Of a DNA stretch of 64,000 nt, positions 20,903 to 30,700 are shown piece after piece. A program made the translations under genes and the position numbers. The notes under the pieces were generated by a model. The model ran no database searches and was not told the origin of the DNA. It saw only the letters and a program-made list of their open reading frames with translations. The stretch lies in contig DATGZA010000091.1 of NCBI GenBank assembly GCA_035297365.1, positions 1 through 64,000 on the forward strand, given 5' to 3'. The stretch is from Nitrososphaeraceae archaeon. Lineage in GTDB: Archaea > Thermoproteota > Nitrososphaeria > Nitrososphaerales > Nitrososphaeraceae. Within the stretch, counting starts at the first letter, position 1, and each line of letters opens with the position of its first letter.

Positions 20903-23689
20903 TCATCTATTTTCAATTATTACTCGTTTTATTCTTGCATCTTCTGGATTGATTGGTTGGTTGTTTTGATTAGTTTTTTGGGATGCTATCTTTTCAACCG
21001 TATCTATTCCTTCAATTACTCTTCCAAAAACTGTATATTGGTTGTCTAGAAATTGAGAATCTCTTGTGACTATGAAGAATTGAGAACCCGCGCTATTGGG
21101 ATCAGAAGTTCTTGCCATTGATAATATCCCTTTCTTATGGGGTATGTCATTAAATTCGGCGTTTATCGTAAAGTTGGGTCCTCCTGTTCCCCACTTCTCT
21201 CTTCCTGTTTCATTATTCTTTGTGCTAGGATCTCCAGCTTGAATTACAAAATCATTAACTATCCTATGGAAAACAACACCGTCGTAGAAGCCACTCTTTG
21301 AGAGCTTGATGAAATTTTCCACATGTTTTGGTGCTGCCTTAGGGAAAAATTCTAGTGTGATATTCCCCTGTGTTGTTTCAAGAATTGCAATATTTGGTGA
21401 CGGTGTCATATCTGCCTTTATCATGACCTCAGAGTTTCCTTTTGTATTATTTGATTCTTTGTCTACGTTGTTTTTACCAATGTTAGACTGTTCGATTGAA
21501 ACCGGCTTTGGTATATAATCTTTATTTACCTGATACAATAATACTCCAAAAACAATGTCGTCTTTGTTATTTTCAAAACTTGGCGATGAATAAACAAGTC
21601 TTAATGGTTGATCATTTGCGCCATTAATTGGATACTTAACATCCTTCACATTGATAGCAATAGTTCCTGACGAATAATCTGGCTGTAAATTGGCTAACAT
21701 ACCGTTATTAACAGACGCATATGATACAGGTGTGAATGGAGTCATTTTTCCTAGTAAGGTATTATTCCAAAAGTTTGAATTTGGGGTGAAACCATCGTCT
21801 TGAACATAATCTTTTTCATTAAATCCACCTATTCTCATGAACCATTGTTTTTTGCTTTCGTCTCCACCGCTTCCAAGGGTATAGAAGGCGTTACCGTCAG
21901 GCCCTTGATGTCTGTCTGCAACGATATATACTAATATATAATCCGCCTCGAGATCTTTAGCGATGGCTATTCCAGTTTCTGGGTCACTCATAAGCATTTT
22001 TGCGATGGTTTGTATCCTTGTCTGATTAATAGTGGCATTATCTGCCAATGTCGTTCTATTTCCGAGAGTCGTAATCCAATAACCGTAATCCCACCACGAA
22101 GCAATGACTGAATCCTTAGGTGTGTTATTAGATATCCAATCCAACGCATCCGTCCAGTCATCAACTTGAATCCTAAATCCTGTTGCGCCATTAGCAATAG
22201 AAGGCGGAATATCTGCTGAACTTATCCAGTTGAAATTTCTTGGATAAATGATACCACCAGTATCTAGTAATGGAATGGAAACCAAAAAAATGAGTACTAC
22301 TACATAGGATACCTTTACTAACGATTTTACTTGAGGTGAAATCTTTCCTTGCCTAACACTCTTTTTGAATTCCTTTTCGCTTAACTTTCCTTGGCTGGCT
22401 ACTTTGTATTGAAGAATACTTCTTGTTATCTCATAAATTCCAATTGACGCGAGCATGACTATTGAAATTGAAGAATAAACCATTAACCTTGCAAAAGTAG
22501 CACTTACATACAGTCCTGTAATACCTATTATTAGTGCAAATATTGTCATGTCATTTCTCTTGGAGAACGCAACCAACACTCCAAACCCAGCAAAAAATAA
22601 CAGAATAGAATAATCAGTAAAATAATCTACTACAGTGGGCGTGGAGTGTTCTGCAACGGATTCTACAAGCGGAATTTGAGATGATAAAAATGGATTTATT
22701 GCATTTAGATATCTAAATGACGATGGCTGATAAGCTCCAGCAGCAACAATTACTACGGCTAGAGATATGAATATTGCCAAGCTTACAACAAGATTCCGAG
22801 TAATTTTTGATTGTTTACTTTTTAACCTGATTATAGATCCGATCACACAAAATACAGCACCCACAATTAATGCTATACCAGGGAGTCCTATAACAAAAGA
22901 TAATCCTGGTCGAGGAAACACTCCCGCTGCGATTAAGGTAGCAATAGTAAATAATACCACCGCAGATACAATTGTTTTTGAATCTTTTCTAATAAACGGT
23001 AACGCAAAGAAAAAGATAGCTAATGGTATGCTAAAATATTGTATCCCTCCCCATGAAGCATTAGCCAATCCCAAAATCATTCCAGCTCCTACTACTTTTC
23101 CTATTGTTATTCGAAGATTCTTTTCCTTTATTGCAGAGAGAAAAAGATAAATTGATAAGATTCCGAGGAATAATCCCAAAGGTTCTGATTTGAACCAACC
23201 TAAATTCCCTCTCTGAATTATTGCTGGCATAAACGCAAATAACAAACTTGCAAACATTCCAGCTGTAGTACTACTGATAATTCTTACAAATGCAAAAATA
23301 ACTATTGTAGTAAGAGAACCAATCACTACTGGGAACATTATTACAAAATCAAGCAATGATGCCCCAAAACCAAATACCTTGTATAGTACTGCTGCTGTGA
23401 GGTGAAGCCCAACTTGTGAAGATTTTGGAACATCTCTGCCTTCTGGATACCAGGACATGTTATCGTGCCAGTGAAGATATTCAGCAAATCCGTTGTCCAC
23501 TATGTATTTTGTAGCTCTATAATCAAAATAAGGGTCAAATTCATTTAGTACGAAACCGTACTTGATTGGATATGATCTTATTATAAAAGCACTTGAAAAA
23601 GCAATTATCAAAACTGCGATTACAAGTAGATGTTTCGCCCTAAAATTAAAGGAGTTTACATTGAATAAAACTTTATTTCCTTCTAACAC
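20903..23689 (-). CDS. aglB: oligosaccharyltransferase AglB (STT3) with C-terminal cyclophilin PPIase domain
   Basis: EFDPYFDYR, many TM segments, SVAEH, SWWDYG (22082-22096), DNAT; C-terminal FHRIVNDFVIQAGDP...SMART...SAGSQFFI...YTVFGRV. Confidence 0.92.
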   Translation of the reverse strand: MLEGNKVLFNVNSFNFRAKHLLVIAVLIIAFSSAFIIRSYPIKYGFVLNEFDPYFDYRATKYIVDNGFAEYLHWHDNMSWYPEGRDVPKSSQVGLHLTAAVLYKVFGFGASLLDFVIMFPVVIGSLTTIVIFAFVRIISSTTAGMFASLLFAFMPAIIQRGNLGWFKSEPLGLFLGILSIYLFLSAIKEKNLRITIGKVVGAGMILGLANASWGGIQYFSIPLAIFFFALPFIRKDSKTIVSAVVLFTIATLIAAGVFPRPGLSFVIGLPGIALIVGAVFCVIGSIIRLKSKQSKITRNLVVSLAIFISLAVVIVAAGAYQPSSFRYLNAINPFLSSQIPLVESVAEHSTPTVVDYFTDYSILLFFAGFGVLVAFSKRNDMTIFALIIGITGLYVSATFARLMVYSSISIVMLASIGIYEITRSILQYKVASQGKLSEKEFKKSVRQGKISPQVKSLVKVSYVVVLIFLVSIPLLDTGGIIYPRNFNWISSADIPPSIANGATGFRIQVDDWTDALDWISNNTPKDSVIASWWDYGYWITTLGNRTTLADNATINQTRIQTIAKMLMSDPETGIAIAKDLEADYILVYIVADRHQGPDGNAFYTLGSGGDESKKQWFMRIGGFNEKDYVQDDGFTPNSNFWNNTLLGKMTPFTPVSYASVNNGMLANLQPDYSSGTIAINVKDVKYPINGANDQPLRLVYSSPSFENNKDDIVFGVLLYQVNKDYIPKPVSIEQSNIGKNNVDKESNNTKGNSEVMIKADMTPSPNIAILETTQGNITLEFFPKAAPKHVENFIKLSKSGFYDGVVFHRIVNDFVIQAGDPSTKNNETGREKWGTGGPNFTINAEFNDIPHKKGILSMARTSDPNSAGSQFFIVTRDSQFLDNQYTVFGRVIEGIDTVEKIASQKTNQNNQPINPEDARIKRVIIENR

Positions 23690-23789
23690 TGTATTGAAAT
23701 ACTGTTTTTAACTTCCTTTTTAAGTTAATGCCTATTGCAAGTAATATGAGCATTTTCAATTCAATCTACCTTGTTAGTCATTCAGATTA

Positions 23790-24164
23790 TTACCCAGGAA
23801 TACACGGTATGATGTATTTAAGTCTCATCTCTTTTCCTCCTTTGTCCAGATTATAATCATTATTTTTATCATCTATAAAACGTAGTGTATATTCATCAGG
23901 ATGTAAATCGTCAAAAATAGTATAATCATTAAATCCACCTTTGCTATTAGTTTTAAAATTATCAAATGTGTCTAATACGTGTTTAGAGTTGATAAATTCC
24001 CAATACATCTTTGTATATGCGCTGAAACCAACAACTATGATATTTAACCTATGATCTGCTGATTTTCCGCAGCTTGGAGATATTTTAATTATTGGATGTA
24101 GAGCGTAGACAAAGGAAAAATATTTGTTACACAATGTAAAAAGAATTGTGATAATAAAAAGCAT
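23790..24164 (-). CDS. hypothetical secreted protein
   Basis: hydrophobic N-terminus, Ig-like beta pattern, two Cys. Confidence 0.5.
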   Translation of the reverse strand: MLFIITILFTLCNKYFSFVYALHPIIKISPSCGKSADHRLNIIVVGFSAYTKMYWEFINSKHVLDTFDNFKTNSKGGFNDYTIFDDLHPDEYTLRFIDDKNNDYNLDKGGKEMRLKYIIPCIPG

Positions 24165-24252
24165 AAAATTTTCGATTATTTATATTTTAAACATTGGTAT
24201 TTAAATTATTATTCAATTTTAGCATTGGATAAGAGAATCAAATGGCTTTATA

Positions 24253-25197
24253 TTATCTATACAATGATGCATAAAAGAAAGGTAATAAAGTTGTAATTTC
24301 TCCATGAACTGTTACTTGTTTTGCATTTACGTTTACCTTGTTCCATGATATTGCTTCCCTCACTTCAGCTCCACTTAGACTTCCGTCCCACTCATTGGCG
24401 GTAGTAACATATACAGCGTAATCAAGACCATCCCTAAATTGGTTCCACCACAATGTGTGATGTTTTGTTATTCCTCCTCCTAGCATCAAAGCACCTGTCT
24501 TCTTTGCATCGAATACAAGATCCGAAATTCTCGATTGGTCTTTCAATAAATTTAGTACAAGATCCTTGTGTTGTTGGTAAAATAGCCATATTTGGCTTCC
24601 AACAGCGCCGTCAACCAAACCAGGGACAATCACAGGAATCTTATTTTTATGTGCCCAATATAAAATAGAATTATCGTCTAATTTGCTACCAATATAATCT
24701 ACAATTTCATGACCCGAAAATTCTTTATGTTTAGCATAATATTCAGAAAGAAAATGTTGAACTTTATTTTCTATTAATGGTCCATAATTTTTATTTGGAA
24801 TAAATACGTTTCCCAATCTATGTATATTTCGTTTCTTCAAATAACTGTCATCAATATTAAATTCTCCTGCATAATATTTTCCAAAGGTTTTAGCAATATC
24901 ATGATCTAAAGCACCGCATGTAGTTATTATACAATCAAACATCTTTCTTTTTATCATATCTTTTATTATGCCTCTTGTTCCGGTGGAAATAATAGCGCCA
25001 ACAAAGGATAAAAAACGTGTACATTGATTGTCATCTATCATTTTCCGTGTAATATTTATCGCCTTAGTTAGATTGGTTGATTCAAATCCACCGGATTGTG
25101 ACATTTGACTAATTATTTCCTTCAAATCATTTTTTTTAATTTCATAATCTATTATGTCGTAATTTTTAATGCTTTTACCCTTTTCATTATCTATCAT
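24253..25197 (-). CDS. dys: deoxyhypusine synthase
   Basis: GGF, ITTCGALDHD, IHRLGN, DGAVG, GGGITKHH, DGSLSGA, EAISWNK (active-site Lys). Confidence 0.92.
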   Translation of the reverse strand: MIDNEKGKSIKNYDIIDYEIKKNDLKEIISQMSQSGGFESTNLTKAINITRKMIDDNQCTRFLSFVGAIISTGTRGIIKDMIKRKMFDCIITTCGALDHDIAKTFGKYYAGEFNIDDSYLKKRNIHRLGNVFIPNKNYGPLIENKVQHFLSEYYAKHKEFSGHEIVDYIGSKLDDNSILYWAHKNKIPVIVPGLVDGAVGSQIWLFYQQHKDLVLNLLKDQSRISDLVFDAKKTGALMLGGGITKHHTLWWNQFRDGLDYAVYVTTANEWDGSLSGAEVREAISWNKVNVNAKQVTVHGEITTLLPFFYASLYR

Positions 25198-25294
25198 ATC
25201 AAGAGTCTTATAAGCATCAATATAAAATATCTTCTATCTGATTCTTGATCTTGATATGGATTTTTATAAATGACTGTACTCTTAAAGAATTAAC

Positions 25295-26374
25295 TTGTAT
25301 AATAAACATTCGTTTAAGGGTAAAAAAATAGATCCTCCAAAAATTTCTCCAAACATGTCTATATCAGATCTTATTTCTTTCTACAGCTCTACTGGCTTTA
25401 ATGCTAGAAGATTAGCTGAAGCAGCGGAAATGTTCGAGAAAATGATAGATTCTGATGCTACTGTCTGTCTGACAATTTCTGGAGCAATGTCACCAATTGG
25501 TTTAGGAGGTTGTATTTCTACTCTTATAGAAAAGGGTTATGTAGATTGGATTATTACTACCGGAGCAAATGCATATCATGATCTCCACTTCGCATATGGT
25601 CTCCCTGTTCGCCAGGGTCACTTTGATGTTGACGATGATATCTTGTATTCCAAGCAGATTGTTAGAATATATGATGTATACATAAAAGAAATAGAAACAC
25701 TCCAAAAGCAAGATGATATCATTCAAAATGAAATCGCAAAAATTAATGTAGAAGACTCTACTTCATCGTTGTCTTCATCTGATATTTCTTTTTATTTAGG
25801 AAAAGGAGCCTCTAACAATTCTCATTTTCCAGAAAAGTCGTTTATGGTCTCAGCTTATAATAATAATGTTCCAGTGTATATTCCCGCAATAACTGATTCA
25901 TCTATAGGAATGAACATGCTTCCATTACTATTTGAGTCAAAATTACCTAACTATAATCTTGTTTCGGATATTGCAGAATCAGCAGCAATTTTGTGGAAAT
26001 CCAAATTATCTGGAGGTATTGAATTAGGCGGAGGTGTTCCAAAAAATTTCTTTCAACAAACTGGTCCAACACTGTATCAAATTTTAAAGATTCAAGAAGG
26101 TGGACACGATTATGTCATACAATTGACAGACGCGAGACCTGATACTGGGGGTCTTTCCGGAGCAACTATCCAAGAAGGAAAAAGCTGGGGAAAAATAAAA
26201 TCATCTCACACGGGTAACGTAATAGTATATGGTGATTCTTCTGTATATTTTCCAATACTCTGTTCATACGTTCTATCCGAATGCCAACAAAGAAAACCAA
26301 AACAGCTGTACAATTTAAAAAATCAGTATGTAAGAGAAATGAAATCTGAATATCTTAAAAGAAAGTCTGTATAA
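25295..26374 (+). CDS. deoxyhypusine synthase-like protein (SpeY/homospermidine biosynthesis type)
   Basis: ITTGANAYHDLHFA, RIYDV, DSSIG, GGGVPKNF, DARPDTGGLSGAT, EGKSWGK. Confidence 0.85.
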   Translation: MYNKHSFKGKKIDPPKISPNMSISDLISFYSSTGFNARRLAEAAEMFEKMIDSDATVCLTISGAMSPIGLGGCISTLIEKGYVDWIITTGANAYHDLHFAYGLPVRQGHFDVDDDILYSKQIVRIYDVYIKEIETLQKQDDIIQNEIAKINVEDSTSSLSSSDISFYLGKGASNNSHFPEKSFMVSAYNNNVPVYIPAITDSSIGMNMLPLLFESKLPNYNLVSDIAESAAILWKSKLSGGIELGGGVPKNFFQQTGPTLYQILKIQEGGHDYVIQLTDARPDTGGLSGATIQEGKSWGKIKSSHTGNVIVYGDSSVYFPILCSYVLSECQQRKPKQLYNLKNQYVREMKSEYLKRKSV

Positions 26375-26401
26375 TATATTGATGTGATATTAAAGATTGA
26401 T

Positions 26402-26983
26402 TTAAATGGTAAATCTCAAAATTTGTTTATTTTCTATTATATTTTTGATTTTTTCTTTTATTATGTCTACATTGATTGCATAATAAGTTCCACTACTGGA
26501 GGACAGTTTTGTCAAAGATCTTTGAAGAATCGAAAGAGATATCTCCTTCTCATTTTTTTGGTCATGAACGAATGCTGCTGCGACTAAAATCAACCCATTC
26601 AATAACTCCTTTTCAGACCCTGAAGCAATTTTCCAAATACCCTCCAATACTTCATGTGACCACCAATATTTTTCCTCGTTAAATAGCTGAATTGCTCTTT
26701 CCATCGCCTCTTTTTTTTTAAATACTCTTTCCTTCACTTCTACGAATTCCTTTAATGATGAAATTTCTTTCAACAAGTCAATTATATTCTCAATTTTTTC
26801 TTCTCTACAGATGCTAATATCTAATTCAATAAAAAATTTAGAAACCCTGCAGTCTCTAACTATTACATCATGTCTTCGTACTGATTTACGAGCCTTTTTT
26901 AGGATAAAATTTGCATCCAGTGAAGAAAATTGTTGATTATTCAGGTAAACCATAAATCTAATCATGTTTGATTTAGTTATCAT
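26402..26983 (-). CDS. DUF309 domain protein
   Basis: LFNEEKYWWSHEVLEGIW...GLILVAAAFVH. Confidence 0.85.
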   Translation of the reverse strand: MITKSNMIRFMVYLNNQQFSSLDANFILKKARKSVRRHDVIVRDCRVSKFFIELDISICREEKIENIIDLLKEISSLKEFVEVKERVFKKKEAMERAIQLFNEEKYWWSHEVLEGIWKIASGSEKELLNGLILVAAAFVHDQKNEKEISLSILQRSLTKLSSSSGTYYAINVDIIKEKIKNIIENKQILRFTI

Positions 26984-27078
26984 ATTTTGTTGGGATCAGA
27001 AATCTTGTATAATCTTATTTATTTTATAGGCATTTTTATAATCATCTTAAAATAAACGATCTAATTTACAAGATTGTC

Positions 27079-27363
27079 TTGGGTTTAAGCCTTTCAGATA
27101 AAAAAGAGTTAGAGTCAATTTTAAAGATTGACTCCCGTGATTTCGATAAAATGATTGCTTTTTCAAGAAAACTAGTTCCTTCCCAGGGATCTCTTTATGA
27201 TTTCATATATGGTTTGGTATTGGGAATGATTCTAGGTAACTTTCTTGAAAAATTCTTTCTAAAGTATAAACGTGATCCTGATAACGATGAGTTAATTGAT
27301 ATCTACTTCACTCTATCTCTACGTTCTGCTAAAATCAGAAAGCTAATTTTAAGTAATTTATGA
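27079..27363 (+). CDS. hypothetical protein
   Basis: 94 aa helical ORF; 'DFIYG...KRDP..DEL' pattern seen in small thaumarchaeal proteins (recollection, not searched). Confidence 0.55.
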   Translation: MGLSLSDKKELESILKIDSRDFDKMIAFSRKLVPSQGSLYDFIYGLVLGMILGNFLEKFFLKYKRDPDNDELIDIYFTLSLRSAKIRKLILSNL

Positions 27364-27630
27364 GAATTTTTTTATTTATTTATGCTTAGTTGCATTATAG
27401 TGAATCTGCTAATTTCAAGCCAAATTTCGATTAGAACAAATTTTTTTTATGTTAAAATATTTTTGAATTATTTTAAAATTATCTGAAAAATGAAGTTATA
27501 CAAATGATCACGCAACGAATCATTGATCTATTCTTTTGATATATTTATTTCAAAATGCCCTAAATGTTAAGATATGTTGTTCTCGATATTTTTCAATTAC
27601 ATTTTTAACCAAGATCCACAATTTTTTTTT

Positions 27631-27855
27631 ATGGTCAATGATCCAGAATTTGGATTAGCTGTTATGAGCAGACTAATTAAGAAGGCAGGTGCTGATAGAG
27701 TTAGTGATGAAGCAGCAAATGAATTAAGGCTTATCTTAGAAGAAATTGCAATAGAAATTTCAAAGACCGCAATACTTTTGTCTAATCATGCGAGAAGAAA
27801 AACTATAAAATCAGAAGATATTTTACTTGCCTACAAAAACACAATTAAAAGATGA
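27631..27855 (+). CDS. archaeal histone
   Basis: MVNDPEFGLAVMSRLIKKAGADRVSDEA...HARRKTIKSEDILLA histone fold; ATG at 27631 preferred to the track start. Confidence 0.92.
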   Translation: MVNDPEFGLAVMSRLIKKAGADRVSDEAANELRLILEEIAIEISKTAILLSNHARRKTIKSEDILLAYKNTIKR

Positions 27856-27978
27856 TTCTTACCTCCAATCCTTATACTTAGTTAATTTAGTATTGAAAAA
27901 TAATATTTTGAAATTTTGAATCTCTTTATCCTTAATCTCGCTCAAATTTATATGACACCATTTTATGGCTATTGTTAT

Positions 27979-28063
27979 GGTGGGGTGGCAGAGCGGCTAT
28001 GCGTTCGCCTGCAGAAAAATGATAGAAAGCGAATTTATAAGGGTTCGAATCCCTTCCCCACCT
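27979..28063 (+). tRNA. tRNA-Cys(GCA) with a 13-nt intron at 37/38 (28015-28027)
   Basis: acceptor GGTGGGG/CCCCACC + T73, anticodon stem TTCGC/GCGAA, loop CT-GCA-G, T-arm AAGGG-TTCGAAT-CCCTT; no encoded CCA. Confidence 0.92.
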
Positions 28064-28117
28064 TTAATAAATATTATTTGGTGATAATCATTTTCTTTAG
28101 ATATGGCATTATGTTAT

Positions 28118-28459
28118 TTACTTTGTATAAGTTTCTTTTAGTGCTTGCCCATAAGTTAGAATTGCTCTCTTTCTTAGATACGGGATAAGTCGATAATGTA
28201 GAGAATACGTATTTTCTTCCTTTATAAGAATCCCTTTAACCACCAATGAAATGAGCCCTCCAGAAAGCTTAGAAGGTGGTATGGGATTATCTCTTGAAAA
28301 ATTTATTCTCTTTGATTGATATTCATCTTTTGAGAAATATGGTTTATTTTTTTCTAGTATTAATGGCCATACAATCATTTCCCAAATTAATCGTCTATAT
28401 TCCGTTGAATGAGCATGTTTGCCTTTGGGATTCAAATTGTTATTTTTACTGGAAGTCAT
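28118..28459 (-). CDS. hypothetical protein, possible wHTH
   Basis: 113 aa; 'LSGGLISLVVKGILIKEENTYSL' resembles a recognition helix plus wing; start probably ATG at about 28465. Confidence 0.6.
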   Translation of the reverse strand: MTSSKNNNLNPKGKHAHSTEYRRLIWEMIVWPLILEKNKPYFSKDEYQSKRINFSRDNPIPPSKLSGGLISLVVKGILIKEENTYSLHYRLIPYLRKRAILTYGQALKETYTK

Positions 28460-28665
28460 TTTCCATTAATGATAGTTTTTCATTATCCAACTTGGTTTTA
28501 TAATCTAATACTTTAACTTGTGATTTTGGCTTTCTAGAGTATTATAATCTTTTTAATTTAACAAATAATTGTTATTTTATAATCGAATTAATATTGTAAT
28601 TAAAAATTTTAAACTATTATAAAACATAAAAAACATTATAAAAACCTGGTAAAATATATCTAATC

Positions 28666-28830
28666 ATGATAATTATGCTAGTGTTATCTATTTATGCAAT
28701 TCTTCCAGAAGGAATAGTTGTAAATGAAACTTTATTTTTTTCGTTTCTTGTTATCATGCTAATATTACTAGTTATCGCATTTATACTAAGAAGGAGGAGA
28801 ATGGGTCCAGATGAACCTCACATGAATTAA
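28666..28830 (+). CDS. 54-aa membrane microprotein (not in ORF track)
   Basis: MIIMLVLSIYAILPEGIVVNETLFFSFLVIMLILLVIAFILRRRRMGPDEPHMN*; hydrophobic helix followed by RRRR. Confidence 0.55.
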   Translation: MIIMLVLSIYAILPEGIVVNETLFFSFLVIMLILLVIAFILRRRRMGPDEPHMN

Positions 28831-28876
28831 TATTAGGGAATTTTAAAAATTTTTACGTAACCGTTGAAATAATATT

Positions 28877-29590
28877 TCATTTATTATACTCATGTAATGT
28901 TTTGGTTATCATTAGGATATCCTCTTTAGTTTTGGCTAATTTTGCTATTTTTACGCTATCTCTTATGTCTCTGGATTTAAGTTTATTCCAAACACTCTCT
29001 GAAATTGTATTGGCTATATCATGGTTTGTTCCTTTATTTACTAATATTTTATTTGAAATTTCAATGAATTTACTTCGATTATATGGTTTCAGATGAAAAA
29101 TCATGAATCTGGATAAAATAGGAGTTAATAATCTTTCTTTATTGTTACATGTGGCAAAAACCCATGTTTTTAGTTGGGTATTTCTAGTTTTTTGTGACTT
29201 GGTTTCAGATAATATACCAGTTTCCATCAGGCTCAAAAGAATTGTTTGATCCTTATAAGGCATGTGCTCAATCTCATCAATTAACAAATATCTTGGTCGA
29301 TTTTCGAATAAATAATCGATCATTCCAGCCTTTGTACTGTGACTACCCAGGGTAAAGAAAGATCTTTCAAGTTTCATACATTCTAACATGAATAATGTTT
29401 TAGCAGATGCAGGAGGTCCCACCAAAAGTATATGGACAGGTTTATCTGATTCTAAAGACATTTTAAAAATCTGTTTAATATCGTTATAACCTACTATATC
29501 TTCAAAAAGGATCTCATTAATACAAGATAGATCGCAATTAGAAAAAACTTTTTTAGAATTTACAATCAGCGGTTTGCTATTGTTCATCAA
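28877..29590 (-). CDS. stand-alone AAA+ ATPase (MCM/RuvB-like clade)
   Basis: Walker A HILLVGPPASAKT, Walker B LLIDEIE, sensor ATCN, Arg finger ILSRF. Confidence 0.85.
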   Translation of the reverse strand: MMNNSKPLIVNSKKVFSNCDLSCINEILFEDIVGYNDIKQIFKMSLESDKPVHILLVGPPASAKTLFMLECMKLERSFFTLGSHSTKAGMIDYLFENRPRYLLIDEIEHMPYKDQTILLSLMETGILSETKSQKTRNTQLKTWVFATCNNKERLLTPILSRFMIFHLKPYNRSKFIEISNKILVNKGTNHDIANTISESVWNKLKSRDIRDSVKIAKLAKTKEDILMITKTLHEYNK

Positions 29591-29788
29591 AGTTAATAAT
29601 ATATTTTACCTTATAGATTTATTGATTTCTAAACATATTTTTCTCTGTTAACTCAATTTCTCTTATTTTATCACACTTATATTTTGATTAAATATGTCCA
29701 TAATTAATATAAATTTTTTATTGTGAACCTATCTCGTTTTCAAAAAAAAGAAACAATTGAAATTAGCTCATTTTTATAAGCTCATTTT

Positions 29789-30439
29789 TTATAACTCTTC
29801 CCATTCACATGAATATTCTGGACTAATTTCCCATAATTTCAAGAACGATTTGTAGTAAGTATCAAAAATTTCATGGTTTTTCCTCTTGAGCAATTGAATA
29901 ATCTTTCTATTCTGAGATTTTATTCCAAATAAGAAATGCTCGACTAATATGGTACCATTAGATTCTATGTCCTGATCAATTGTGATAATGTTATGAGTTA
30001 ATATCGTCTTGTAACACCTTATCTCAAAGTTAGCTAATTCATTTGTTGAAAGAGATATTATTTTCATATTACAAAGTCTTGATAGACACGATGTTAAATT
30101 TTCTTCAATTTTGGGATAGACTGTTAAATATTTGACATGATCTAATAAATCTGATTTTGGATCGCAGATCAAGATTTTTATTTTTATATTATTTTTTAAA
30201 ATATTTTTGAAAACCTCGATGTAATTAAATGAGAACATCTGATCCAAAGTAACACAGGCAATGCATATTTCTTTCTTGGCGCTTACCAATATATCAAATA
30301 TCTTGACATTTTCCTTTGAAAATATCTCGATGGTATCCTCCTTACTTTCTTTTTTCAAAATATCTTTAATCCTTGATGTCACAAAGGGTGAAAATGAAGA
30401 GATATTGGTTCCTTTTTCGATAATGTTTCTTACGGTCAA
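29789..30439 (-). CDS. PLD-like/DUF5919-type domain protein
   Basis: IKILICDP, EIRCY, ILVEHF, IFDTYYKSFLKLW pattern; no HKD motif. Confidence 0.5.
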   Translation of the reverse strand: MTVRNIIEKGTNISSFSPFVTSRIKDILKKESKEDTIEIFSKENVKIFDILVSAKKEICIACVTLDQMFSFNYIEVFKNILKNNIKIKILICDPKSDLLDHVKYLTVYPKIEENLTSCLSRLCNMKIISLSTNELANFEIRCYKTILTHNIITIDQDIESNGTILVEHFLFGIKSQNRKIIQLLKRKNHEIFDTYYKSFLKLWEISPEYSCEWEEL

Positions 30440-30594
30440 TTATACATTAAATGATAGAATTCAAATAAAAATACTTTTTTTTGTTTATACAATTTCAATT
30501 TTTATTTTTTAAACAATCAATACTTATTAACAATATATGTTTCTCTATCTAAAAACTGCAAACGAAATAATATTATCATAAATATAGTGTTCGC

Positions 30595-30626
30595 TATAAA
30601 TACGATATTATATAAATACGATATTA
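30595..30626. repeat. perfect 16-bp tandem duplication TATAAATACGATATTA x2 in a divergent intergenic region
   Basis: copies at 30595-30610 and 30611-30626; each contains a TATA-like TATAAA. Confidence 0.8.
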
Positions 30627-30700
30627 ATTTTTTTTTAGCTAAAGTCAGAGAAAACTAGCTTATATTCTTTTTAATATTATTTTGTTATAATATACAGGAT

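Noticed and set aside
27916-28188. 90-aa ORF in the track
   Set aside because: It overlaps the tRNA-Cys gene; spurious.
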